Assembly: GCA_963799485.1 (NCBI GenBank) | Contig: CAWCXJ010000006.1 | Coordinates: 320,001-384,000 of the forward strand | From: an uncultured Trueperaceae bacterium | Lineage (GTDB): Bacteria; Deinococcota; Deinococci; Deinococcales; Trueperaceae | Direction of reading: 5' to 3' | Length of the DNA: 64,000 nt | Part shown: in pieces, positions 1 through 8,725 of the stretch | Layout of the letters: each line of letters opens with the position of its first letter | Numbering within the stretch: position 1 is the stretch's first letter | Program-made: the position numbers and the translations under genes | Notes under the pieces: model-generated | What the model saw: the letters and a program-made list of their open reading frames with translations, nothing else | The model's database searches: none | What the model was told of the DNA's origin: nothing

Positions 1-390
1 TCGCCACCGGGTTGATGGACGCGCAGCCCTTCTTCAACGATTTGAAACGCGGTGAGCCTGGGAGCTGTAGGGGTCTTGAAAGACGACCTGCAAATCGCTC
101 CGTAACCGCCGTAAATTGTCCCCGCGTAAATTTTGCAAATCGCGTCCGTCAAAGGTGATGCTGCCGCTTACGACCAGTTCAAGAAACGCCAACCCCAGTG
201 TCGTTTTCCCCGAACCCGATTCCCCGAGCGTGAAGGTAAAGACGACATCTTCGGCGGTAACCGGCTTACCGTCGTGCCACCGCGCTTCCGGGCGCAAATC
301 GAACTCGACCCAGGTGTTGGCTTGCGGAAAGCGAATCGTCTCGGCGAGAAGCCCGTACACCGAGAAGGGCTCGTCGCCGGACTGCACCAT
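1..390 (-). pseudogene. Chimeric remnant of a YejABEF-type peptide ABC operon (substrate-binding fragment fused to ATPase fragment)
   Basis: N-part DEPFSVYGLLAE...ARWHDGKPVTAEDVVFTF is family-5 SBP-like. It runs directly into Walker A GESGSGKT and QVVFQDPYSS. After a frameshift near 62 the ATPase continues as PRLTAFQIVEEGLRVHQPG to the window edge. Confidence 0.85.
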
Positions 391-543
391 CAGCTATGAG
401 GGTTTTCTTGCTTATTGTTCCAGGAGAGTTTATACAGCTCTAACCTCGGGCTCAGCTTATGTAGCGCAATTTAAGTTTACTTCTTTACACCACGTCGGCT
501 GAAGGGGAGAAGGGCGCTGTCTCTGACGGTAGAATAAGAGCTA

Positions 544-2370
544 ATGCAAGCGTCCGACCTGCCTGTTTTGCCCACGCAACCCGGTTGCTACTTGTTTCAC
601 GCCCCTGACGGTGAAGTGATTTACGTCGGCAAAGCCATCAACCTCAGAAGCCGGGTGCGGAGCTACTTTAGCGCCACCGCGCCGCAAAAAGCGCAGCTGA
701 CGAGCCAAAGGGCCGAGCGGCTCGAGTTCATCGTCACCAAATCCGAGGTCGAGGCGCTGATTCTCGAGTCCAACCTCATCAAACGCTACAAACCGCACTA
801 CAACGTGCTCTTGAAAGACGACAAGAGCTACCCTTTTTTGAAACTCACCAACGAAGCGTTTCCGATGCTCCTCTTTACGCGGCGCATCATCAAAGACGGC
901 GCAACGTACTTCGGGCCGTACCCGAACCCCGGTTCGGTCAGAAAGGTGCAAGAACTCGTCGGCTCGATTTTTCCGCTGCGGCAAAACAGCGGGGTGCCGT
1001 TGCAACGCCGTAAAAAACCGTGTTTACGCTTTCACATGGGCCGCTGCCTCGCGCCGTGTATAGGCAACGTAACGGTTGAAGAGTACGCGAAAGTGGTGCG
1101 GCAGGTCAAGACGTTTTTAGAGGGCGACGTGGCAGGGACCGCGGCGCAGTTGGACGCAGAGATGAAGGCGGCAGCGGGCCGTCAGGATTTCGAGTTGGCG
1201 ACCTTGTACCGCGACCGCTTGAACGCGCTCCAGCGGCTTACGGGTTATGACTCGGACGTGGCGAGGGCCTCAGACGACGACCTCGACTTTTTAGGCGTCG
1301 CGCAGGCCGGAAACTTTGCGATGGTGCAGCTTTTTCAGATGCGGCGCGGGCGGGTCGTCGGGCGCGACAAGCGGTTTTTGACCAACGCCGAAGGTGCGTC
1401 CGAGAGCGAGATCTTAGAGCGCTTCATGGCGGACTACTACGCCCAGGTGATGCAGGTGCCGCCCCTCATTCTGGTGCCGTCCGAACTCGACCTCGAGGTC
1501 TGGACAAAATTTTTATCCGAACGGGCCGGTAAACGCACCGAACTGCGGGTGCCGCAACGCGGCGACAAGCTCGAGCTGATGGGGATGGCCTCCCGCAACG
1601 CGACGACCGGGCTCGAGGCCGAACTCGCGCTCTTAGAAAGACGCGGTGAAGCTCCCGGCGTTCAGGAATTGCAGACCTTGGCAGAGCTTGAAACGGTTCC
1701 TTACCGTATCGAAGGCTTCGATATCTCGAACCTGATGGGGACGCATACGGTCGCCTCGGTTGTGGTCTTTGAAGGCGGGCGGGCGCGGCGTTCCGAATAC
1801 CGTAAACTGCGCGTCACGGGCCTCAGTCAACCCGACGATTTCTACTCGATGCACCAGGCGGTGTACCGGCGTTTTACGGGGTCTTTGGCAAACAAAATGC
1901 CGCTGCCCGACCTTTTACTGATCGATGGTGGTAAAGGTCAGCTGTCGGCGGCGCGGCGGGCGCTCAAAGACGCGGGGCTCGAGCTGCCGATGCTCGGTTT
2001 AGCCAAAAAACAAGAGACCATCATCCGTGAGGGTGCGCCGGAAATCCTCGTCCCGGAAACGCACCCGGCCCTGCGCCTACTCATCAACATCCGCGACGAG
2101 GCGCACCGCACCGCAGTTGGCTACAACCGCAAACAGCGCGGCGCAGCGATGACCCGGAGCTTGTTAGATGATGTGCCGGGTATCGGCCCGGCGCGTAGAG
2201 ACGCACTCTTGTCGCGGTTCTCGAGCCTCGGTGAACTCCGGGACGCCGAAGTCGATGACCTCGCCAAAATTCCCGGTATGGGCCGGAGCGCGGCTGAAGC
2301 GGTTAAAGAATTCCTAAGCGGCCTGGCTAACGAGCCCGCGCCTAACCCGGATGTACCAACCGCGACCTGA
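544..2370 (+). CDS. uvrC: Excinuclease ABC subunit C
   Basis: GIY-YIG N-terminus (PGCYLF...IYVGKAINLRSRV), RIEGFDISN, LLLIDGGKGQ, RDEAHR, C-terminal HhH. Confidence 0.98.
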   Translation: MQASDLPVLPTQPGCYLFHAPDGEVIYVGKAINLRSRVRSYFSATAPQKAQLTSQRAERLEFIVTKSEVEALILESNLIKRYKPHYNVLLKDDKSYPFLKLTNEAFPMLLFTRRIIKDGATYFGPYPNPGSVRKVQELVGSIFPLRQNSGVPLQRRKKPCLRFHMGRCLAPCIGNVTVEEYAKVVRQVKTFLEGDVAGTAAQLDAEMKAAAGRQDFELATLYRDRLNALQRLTGYDSDVARASDDDLDFLGVAQAGNFAMVQLFQMRRGRVVGRDKRFLTNAEGASESEILERFMADYYAQVMQVPPLILVPSELDLEVWTKFLSERAGKRTELRVPQRGDKLELMGMASRNATTGLEAELALLERRGEAPGVQELQTLAELETVPYRIEGFDISNLMGTHTVASVVVFEGGRARRSEYRKLRVTGLSQPDDFYSMHQAVYRRFTGSLANKMPLPDLLLIDGGKGQLSAARRALKDAGLELPMLGLAKKQETIIREGAPEILVPETHPALRLLINIRDEAHRTAVGYNRKQRGAAMTRSLLDDVPGIGPARRDALLSRFSSLGELRDAEVDDLAKIPGMGRSAAEAVKEFLSGLANEPAPNPDVPTAT

Positions 2371-2956
2371 CGCGCAGCGCCAGAAACGCTGCTACTGCGA
2401 GCCCGAGCAGCACCAGCACGACGACCTCGTAGGTTCCAAACAACTCCGCCAGCACGTGCCAGTTTTTCCCCAACAGCGTTCCGGCGTAGAGCCAAATTAC
2501 GTTCCACAGGGCTGTGCCGAGGGTGATGAAAAACGAAAAGCGCGCGAGCGGCATCGGTTTGATGCCGGCTGGAACCGAGATGAGGCTGCGAACGGTAGGA
2601 ATCATCCGGCTGAGGAGCAGCGCGGTATTTTCAAAACGGTCGAACAGCCCCAGCGTCCGCCCCAAATCGTGTTCGGAAACGAGTGCGAACCGTCCGTAAC
2701 GCCGTAAAAAACCCCGTACCCGCCGTTCACCGACCCATCTGGCTGCGCCGTAAATGGCAATTTGTCCGACGACCCCGCCGAACGTTCCGGCAAGCAGCGC
2801 GCCGACAAAACTCAACTCGCCCTGAGCGACCAAAAATCCGGCCAGCGGCATCACGAGTTCGGGTGCGGCGATGGTCATCACCAGGGCAATGCCGCCGTAA
2901 CCGAACGCACCGGTCAAGGCGGTAATGAAAGTCAAGAGGTTGGTCAGGCTGCCCAC
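2342..2956 (-). CDS. DedA family membrane protein
   Basis: PELVMPLAGF and RMIPTVRSLISVPAG motifs; hydrophobic. Confidence 0.92.
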   Translation of the reverse strand: MGSLTNLLTFITALTGAFGYGGIALVMTIAAPELVMPLAGFLVAQGELSFVGALLAGTFGGVVGQIAIYGAARWVGERRVRGFLRRYGRFALVSEHDLGRTLGLFDRFENTALLLSRMIPTVRSLISVPAGIKPMPLARFSFFITLGTALWNVIWLYAGTLLGKNWHVLAELFGTYEVVVLVLLGLAVAAFLALRVRSRLVHPG

Positions 2957-3055
2957 ACGTCATCTTAACGTGTAAGTTGTTTGCATTTTGTGTAGACGCG
3001 GTACAGGTTCTGCGCGCCGGTTTAGCTGCTTGGGCCAGCTGCCGGGGTCGGCTGC

Positions 3056-3640
3056 TCAGGGGCTGAGGTGTTCGGAAACGCTTTTGGCGGTGTGCTCGAG
3101 CCACGCCCAGCGCGTATATTCCATCTGCACGTCAACCCGTCCCCCACTCGTCAGCAACCTGCGCTTTTCGTGAAAGCCGACCTTTTTGAAGGCTGCCTGC
3201 GCGCGTTCGTTGTCACCGAAGGTGCTGAGTTTGACGCGCTCTAAGTCGAGCGTCCCGAACGCGTACTCTAAAAGTGCTTCAACCGCCTCCGGGCCGAACC
3301 CCCGGTTCCAGTGGCTCCGCTCCCCGATGATGATGCCCAGGGTCGCCTGGTCGTGCCGAATGTCGTAGAGTTCTATCGTCCCGATGTAGCTTGCTTCACC
3401 CCCCGCCGCTACCGCGGACGTGTCGAAAATCCCGTAAGTTTCGCGGTCGCTCCGGCGGCTGTCGGCGCGGAGTACCCGGCGGAGTAACCATAAGGGCATC
3501 CGGCTCGGGGGCGTCCCGTTGAGGTGCGCGATTTCTGGGTCGCGGAAGTGCGCGTGAACACGCCGCCACGCCGCATTGTCCAGCTCACCCAAGGGTTTAA
3601 GCACGACGCGTCCGCGCCTTAAAGGAGTCATCGAGGTCAT
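3056..3640 (-). CDS. GNAT (RimJ/RimL-like) N-acetyltransferase
   Basis: HWNRGFGPEAV acetyl-CoA motif and N.RA...FKKVGF; start placed at ATG 3640. Confidence 0.9.
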   Translation of the reverse strand: MTSMTPLRRGRVVLKPLGELDNAAWRRVHAHFRDPEIAHLNGTPPSRMPLWLLRRVLRADSRRSDRETYGIFDTSAVAAGGEASYIGTIELYDIRHDQATLGIIIGERSHWNRGFGPEAVEALLEYAFGTLDLERVKLSTFGDNERAQAAFKKVGFHEKRRLLTSGGRVDVQMEYTRWAWLEHTAKSVSEHLSP

Positions 3641-3784
3641 TTTATCGTTTTGCAGTGTACAACGTGGGTACCCTAACCCCTCATTCCGGGGTTTGGTTGC
3701 AGAAACCGACAAAGTCTTGTGAGCGCGCTTTTCGTCTACCTGGTGAGTCTTGACGACACTAGCCCTACTGTCCCCCTTCTTTCG

Positions 3785-3818
3785 GTTTGCAACCTTGCCG
3801 TAAACCCGATTTGCAAAC
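3785..3818. promoter_or_regulatory. Inverted repeat upstream of metal ABC operon (possible Fur/Zur-family site)
   Basis: GTTTGCAA (3785-3792) and TTGCAAAC (3811-3818) immediately upstream of a putative -10 and the SBP gene. Confidence 0.3.
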
Positions 3819-3850
3819 TGCCATGCTATTCTGACCAGGGGAGTTTTCTG

Positions 3851-4732
3851 ATGAAACGCACGTTGTCTCTGTTACTTTTACTCTGCGGTTTGGCGTGGGC
3901 GCAGCCGCTCAGCGTGGTCGTGTCCATGCAACCGCACTTCGCGCTGTTACAGCAGCTCGTCGGTGACGCTGACGTGGTGGTCACGCGCATTTTGCCACTC
4001 GGCGCGTCGCCGCACACGTTCGACCCGTCGCCGCGGGATGTGGCGCGTATCGCTGCAGCCGACTTGGTAGTCTTAAACGGAAGTATCGACGAATGGTTAC
4101 GTGACCTGGTTACCGCTGCGGATACGAACGTCGAGGTCGTGGAGCTGCTTGCGACACTCAAGTTCAAACCTATTACCGAAGATGCGGGCGAAGCTGAAAC
4201 CCTTGACGGCGGCGTCAACCCGCACATCTGGCTCGACCCGCTGCTGATGGCGCAGGCCGTGCCGGAACTTGCCGACGCGCTCGCCCGGGCCGACCCGAAC
4301 AGTGCCGAGCTTTACGCTGCCAACGCCCGGGTGCTGGTAGAAAACCTGAAAAAGCTAAATGTTGACCTCGAGCAAACCCTCGAGCCTGTTAAGGACGCGC
4401 CGTTCGTCCCCTTCCACGACGCCTGGCCGTACTTCGTGCGGCGTTACGGACTCAATCAGGTCGCGATCATCGAACCGGCACCGGGCCGTGAACCGAACCC
4501 GGGCTACCTCGCCGAGGTGCTGGCACAGATTGAAACAACCGGCGCACCGGCAATTTTTAACGACGCGCAACTCCCTGCACGTCCGGCTGAAATCATCGCG
4601 GCGTCGGCGGGCATTGCGCTCTATACCCTCGACCCCGAAGGCGGCGGGGCAGGTGAAGATGAAAGCTATGAAGCGCTTATGCGGCGTAACGCAGACACCA
4701 TCGCCGAAGCCCTGGCCCCGTCGTCACCGTAA
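3851..4732 (+). CDS. znuA: Zn/Mn ABC transporter substrate-binding protein (ZnuA/TroA family)
   Basis: Signal peptide MKRTLSLLLLL; SPHTF, NPHIWLDP and FHDAW metal-ligand motifs. Confidence 0.9.
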   Translation: MKRTLSLLLLLCGLAWAQPLSVVVSMQPHFALLQQLVGDADVVVTRILPLGASPHTFDPSPRDVARIAAADLVVLNGSIDEWLRDLVTAADTNVEVVELLATLKFKPITEDAGEAETLDGGVNPHIWLDPLLMAQAVPELADALARADPNSAELYAANARVLVENLKKLNVDLEQTLEPVKDAPFVPFHDAWPYFVRRYGLNQVAIIEPAPGREPNPGYLAEVLAQIETTGAPAIFNDAQLPARPAEIIAASAGIALYTLDPEGGGAGEDESYEALMRRNADTIAEALAPSSP

Positions 4733-4846
4733 AGTGCCGCTGATACCGACTTTGCACCTAGAGACGCGTTGAGCATAGCAACGTCCGGGGTGTGTTCCTG
4801 CTTGACGACACGGCCCCCGACAAGTTCCGGCGTAAACTGACAAGCT

Positions 4847-5581
4847 GTGTCTACGCCCGCCCTTCACTTTCATCATGTCAGCGTCCGTTTCGGTGAGGCT
4901 GAAGTCTTGCACGACGTGTCGTTCAATTTAGACGCAGGCGAGTTTCTGGCGATTGTCGGGCCGAACGGCGCGGGCAAATCGACCTTGATGAAGGTTGCGC
5001 TGGGGCTCGTCACACCGCTCAAGGGACACGCCGCGCTCTTCGGACACGACGCCGGAAGGCACCCGGAACGCATCGGTTACGTGCCGCAGCTGAAAACCTT
5101 CGACCGCACCTTTCCGGCAACGGTCTTGGAGCTGGTCGTCTCGGGGTTGCGCCGGGGCTGGCCTGCAAGGGTGCGCCCCGCTGAGCGGGACGCGGCGCGG
5201 CGAACGCTTGCCGAAGTCGGTGCGGAAAAACTTTTGGGACGCACCCTTGCCAAGCTTTCGGGCGGCGAACTGCAGCGGGCTTTTTTAGCGCGTGCGCTCG
5301 TTCGCCGTCCGGCGCTGGTGTTACTCGACGAACCCGCGACCGGCGTCGATTTTTTAGCCGAACACGACCTCTATGATTTGCTCGAGACCTATCAGCGCTC
5401 GAGCGGGGCCACCGTCGCCATGATTACCCACGACCTGAGCGCGGCGCGGTATCACTCGTCAAGGGTTGCGGTTTTGAACCGGCGTTTGCACGGTTTCGGC
5501 GTTCCCGACGACGTACTCTGTGAAAGCTGTCTGCAAAAAGCCTTCGGTCATCTTGGACACAGCCACGGAATGACGATTTAG
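4847..5581 (+). CDS. znuC: Metal ABC transporter ATP-binding protein
   Basis: GPNGAGKS, IGYVPQ, LSGGELQR, LDEP; His-rich tail. Confidence 0.92.
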   Translation: MSTPALHFHHVSVRFGEAEVLHDVSFNLDAGEFLAIVGPNGAGKSTLMKVALGLVTPLKGHAALFGHDAGRHPERIGYVPQLKTFDRTFPATVLELVVSGLRRGWPARVRPAERDAARRTLAEVGAEKLLGRTLAKLSGGELQRAFLARALVRRPALVLLDEPATGVDFLAEHDLYDLLETYQRSSGATVAMITHDLSAARYHSSRVAVLNRRLHGFGVPDDVLCESCLQKAFGHLGHSHGMTI

Positions 5582-5610
5582 CGTGGCTGAACCGGTATGA
5601 ATAAACCAAT

Positions 5611-6420
5611 ATGAACGAACTGTGGACGATTTTTCAGCTGCCCTTTATGCAGCGGGCGCTCTTGGCAGGGCTTTTGGTCGCGCTGATGAGTGCGGTGCTG
5701 GGCGTGTTCGTCGTGCAGCGCGGCCTGTCGTTTTTAGGTGACGGGCTCGCGCACGCGGCCTTCGGCGGCGTCGCTCTCGGGCTGCTCGTCGGAGTCAGTC
5801 AACCGCTCTGGGTGGCGCTGCCGTTTACGCTCTTGGCGTCTCTCGGCATTGCCTGGGTACGGGACAAGACGCAGCTCTCCTCAGACACGGCTATCGGGAT
5901 TTTCTTCGCGGTGTCGGTTGCGCTGGGGGTGATTTTTATCAGCCTCGAGACCGGTTACAACGTCGACGCGTGGAACCTCTTGTTCGGTTCGATTTTAGGC
6001 ATCGGCCCTGAAGAACTCCTGATTATCGCGGGTGTCACGCCGCTCGGCTTGGGGCTGTTATGGGCGCTCTGGGGACGGCTCGCCTACGCGACTTTCGACG
6101 CCGAACTCGCGCAGACCGACGGGGTAAAAACCCGCTTGTTGGAATACCTCCTCTTTGCGCTCGCGGCGGTGGTTATCGTCGTGTCGGTGCGGGTGGTCGG
6201 GGCCATTCTCATTGCGGCGTACCTGGTGATTCCGGCAGCGGCGGCGCGGCTCGTGGCGCGTTCGCTTTTTGGAATGACGCTCCTCAGCGTCGTGTTCGGG
6301 CTGCTCAGCACCGTTTTGGGCCTTGTCGCGTCGTTTTTCCTCGAGGTTCCCTCCGGTAGCACTATCATCCTGACGCAGGCGGCGGTGTTTGTCGTGGCTG
6401 CATTTTTTAAGCGGCGCTAG
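5611..6420 (+). CDS. znuB: Metal ABC transporter permease
   Basis: PFMQRALLAG, GDGLAHAAFGG, LLFGSIL. Confidence 0.92.
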   Translation: MNELWTIFQLPFMQRALLAGLLVALMSAVLGVFVVQRGLSFLGDGLAHAAFGGVALGLLVGVSQPLWVALPFTLLASLGIAWVRDKTQLSSDTAIGIFFAVSVALGVIFISLETGYNVDAWNLLFGSILGIGPEELLIIAGVTPLGLGLLWALWGRLAYATFDAELAQTDGVKTRLLEYLLFALAAVVIVVSVRVVGAILIAAYLVIPAAAARLVARSLFGMTLLSVVFGLLSTVLGLVASFFLEVPSGSTIILTQAAVFVVAAFFKRR

Positions 6421-6487
6421 GCGGCGCTACGCTTCAAACACGGCGCAAGACGGCGGCGTAAACTTAGAGGCAGCCTGAGGAGGAGTT

Positions 6488-6685
6488 ATGGAAGCCATGA
6501 GTCGTGAGAAGTTTTTCGAACTGCCGTTAGAAGAGGTTGAAGAGCGTACCGGAATCAAGCAGGCAAGTGAAGACGAAGCCGACTACCGCGAACGCGCCTG
6601 GAAGAGCTACAAGCAAGACGTTGCCAACGAAGAGGAGTGGGGCGGGACCGAAGGCGACAGCGTGCCGCCGCCCGGTGAGCATTAA
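6488..6685 (+). CDS. Small acidic hypothetical protein (65 aa)
   Basis: Strong RBS GAGGAGGAG before the ATG; coding-like composition. Confidence 0.7.
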   Translation: MEAMSREKFFELPLEEVEERTGIKQASEDEADYRERAWKSYKQDVANEEEWGGTEGDSVPPPGEH

Positions 6686-6688
6686 GCT

Positions 6689-6910
6689 TTGACCAAACTC
6701 GGACTGTTTCATACCGCGGCGTCGCACGTACCGAGGTTTACGGCGTTGCTGCACTTGGCTCCGGAGATCGAGGTCGAACACGCTGTCCATGAAGATTTGC
6801 TGGCGGAGGCTCGAGTCCTGAAGGCCACAGTCAGGGTGAGGGCGAGTATCAGCGGCTCTTTTCCAGTTGCCGCGCAAACTTTTCAGAAACGCGGCGCATC
6901 GCGGCTGTAG
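6689..6910 (+). pseudogene. N-terminal remnant of an Asp/Glu/hydantoin racemase-like protein
   Basis: LGLFHTAASHVPRFTALL...EVEHAVHEDLLAEAR resembles the family N-terminus; similarity ends after ~42 aa. Confidence 0.55.
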
Positions 6911-7558
6911 GGGTCTTCGAGCACCGGCCCGTGACCTACGGCGAGGCGTTTGGGCCTCAAGGCCGTAAGTTTACGGGCACTCTCCAGCGCGGTTGGTTTG
7001 TGCCAGGTTGCCAGCGCAGGCAGCGGAAAAAGGAGCCTTACATCTCCGGCAACGGCGAGCCCTGCCTGCGTCTGAAAGGCGTCTCCTGCTATCAGCGTCT
7101 CGTCCCGCGTATCCCAAAACGCCATATGCCCCGGCGTGTGTCCCGGCGACGCCACTGCCCGTAAACTGCCTACAGCATCACCGTCTTCCAAAAGCCTTGT
7201 CGGACGCGTTTGGACGCCGGGAAAACCGCCGCGCAACTTGTCTTGCGGTTCGCCCGCGTCTAACGTCATATCGCCCGTTAAAAACCGGGCGTCACGGGCG
7301 CTGACGAGGACTTCAGCGTCCGGGTAAAGTGCGTGCAGCGCGTCCAAACTGCCAACATGGTCGATGTGAGCGTGCGTGAGCAGAATCCGGCGGACAGCTT
7401 GCCCCAACTTTTCGGCGGCTTTGGCGATATGCTTTTCGGTACCGGCGACAGCAGTATCAACTACGGTGAGGCCGTCTTCTTCGATGACCAAATACACGTT
7501 AATCAGGCCATAGCGGACGAGGCGGTAGAAGGTGAGGGCTGTGCTGTTTGAGATTCAT
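6883..7558 (-). pseudogene. MBL-fold metallo-hydrolase with a +1 frameshift near the N-terminus
   Basis: THAHIDHVG, PGHTPGH, GDA and VGHG motifs. RBS-preceded ATG at 7558 gives MNLKQHSPHL, which joins YRLVRYGLINVYLV only if 1 nt is removed near 7529. Confidence 0.8.
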
Positions 7559-7574
7559 AGGCTTCTCCTCGAAG

Positions 7575-7647
7575 ACTTACGGTGTTCACTTTCAACACGA
7601 ACACTGTACACCTTGCGTTCTCGCCTGTCAAGACGTACACTGTTCAC
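7575..7647. promoter_or_regulatory. Three candidate TetR operators in the divergent promoter
   Basis: ACTTACGGTGTTCAC 7575-7589, ACGAACACTGTACAC 7597-7611, ACGTACACTGTTCAC 7633-7647. Confidence 0.65.
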
Positions 7648-7648
7648 T

Positions 7649-8260
7649 ATGCCTTATCCGACGAAATTGACTGCTGAAACCATCTTCGAGGCTGCGCTTA
7701 CGCTTTTTGAGAAGGGTGGCCCGGACGCGCTCAGTATGCGCCCTTTGGCGGGCGCTTTGGGGGTCAGGCCGAGCAGCTTGTACCGCTACTACGCCGACCG
7801 GGATGCGCTTTTAGGGGCGCTCGAGACCCACGCCGCCCGTGAGCTCCACCACGCCCTGCGCGCCGCGACCCAAAACCTCACCCCGGACGAGGCGTTTTTC
7901 GCCGCTGCCCACAGCTACCTGAACTACACCCGCGCACAGCCGCACCTCTACTCACTTTTGGTACGTCCCCGCGAGCCCTACGTTGCCGAACCCGGCCCCG
8001 GCAAAGACCTTTGGGAGGAGGTGTTGAGGGTCGTCGGCGCGGTTACCGACAACTCGGACGACACTGCTGCTACGGTTGCATTTTGGGCGTATCTGCACGG
8101 CTTTGCACTTTTGGAGCAGAGCGGGCAGTTCGGTGAGAGCGGCCCCAAAGGTGGTTTTGAACGGGGTTTAAGGCACTGCTTAGCGGGTTTAAGCGCAGCG
8201 AAAAAGCGTGACGGCAGAGCAGGTGCTTTACTTGGTGACGGGTGCGCCCGGTGCCGGTAA
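7649..8260 (+). CDS. TetR/AcrR family regulator
   Basis: HTH LSMRPLAGALGVRPSSLYRYY; C-terminal WAYLHG (WHG-type); leaderless ATG after TACACT. Confidence 0.92.
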   Translation: MPYPTKLTAETIFEAALTLFEKGGPDALSMRPLAGALGVRPSSLYRYYADRDALLGALETHAARELHHALRAATQNLTPDEAFFAAAHSYLNYTRAQPHLYSLLVRPREPYVAEPGPGKDLWEEVLRVVGAVTDNSDDTAATVAFWAYLHGFALLEQSGQFGESGPKGGFERGLRHCLAGLSAAKKRDGRAGALLGDGCARCR

Positions 8261-8725
8261 GTCCACCACGGTTGAGGTTTTGTTGGGGCCCGAGTCCCCT
8301 TCACTTTTTTTGATATCGACTGGTTGGTTGCGCCCGCTTCTGCGCTTTACGGGCGAGATATTCGCTTCGCACCGGAGCGTTGGGCGTTTTACGGCGATTT
8401 GTGGTGGGGCGTGCTGCAGGCCGCCGTAAAGAACGCCCACACACCTGTTTTCTTTTCCCCGGCTGACCCGAACGATTACGGAAACAAAGCGCTGCCAGAA
8501 TGGTGTGGGGGGCTCGAGTGGTTGCTCGACTGTCCCAACGACGTGCGGCTAAAACGTTTACGGCGGCGAGGCTGGCGCAAAGAACGTTTGGAGGAAGCTT
8601 TTCGGGATGCCGATGTGCTGCGTAGGTTGGTTGCGCGGCGCGTCGATACCGCTAGGCTGAAACCTGACGAGGTGGCTGAACAGGTCCTGCTGTGGCTGAG
8701 AGAAACCTCTCAACCACACGTCTAG
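8208..8725 (+). pseudogene. P-loop nucleotide kinase-like protein split by a frameshift
   Basis: LVTGAPGAGKST Walker A; frame change at the T7 run 8305-8311 restores FDIDWLVAPAS...; LLDCPNDVRLKRLRRRG lid motif. Confidence 0.75.

Noticed and set aside
108..3804. GCCGTAAA as a Chi or KOPS site
   Set aside because: Occurs on both strands in the window, whereas these sites are typically replichore-skewed; not formally counted
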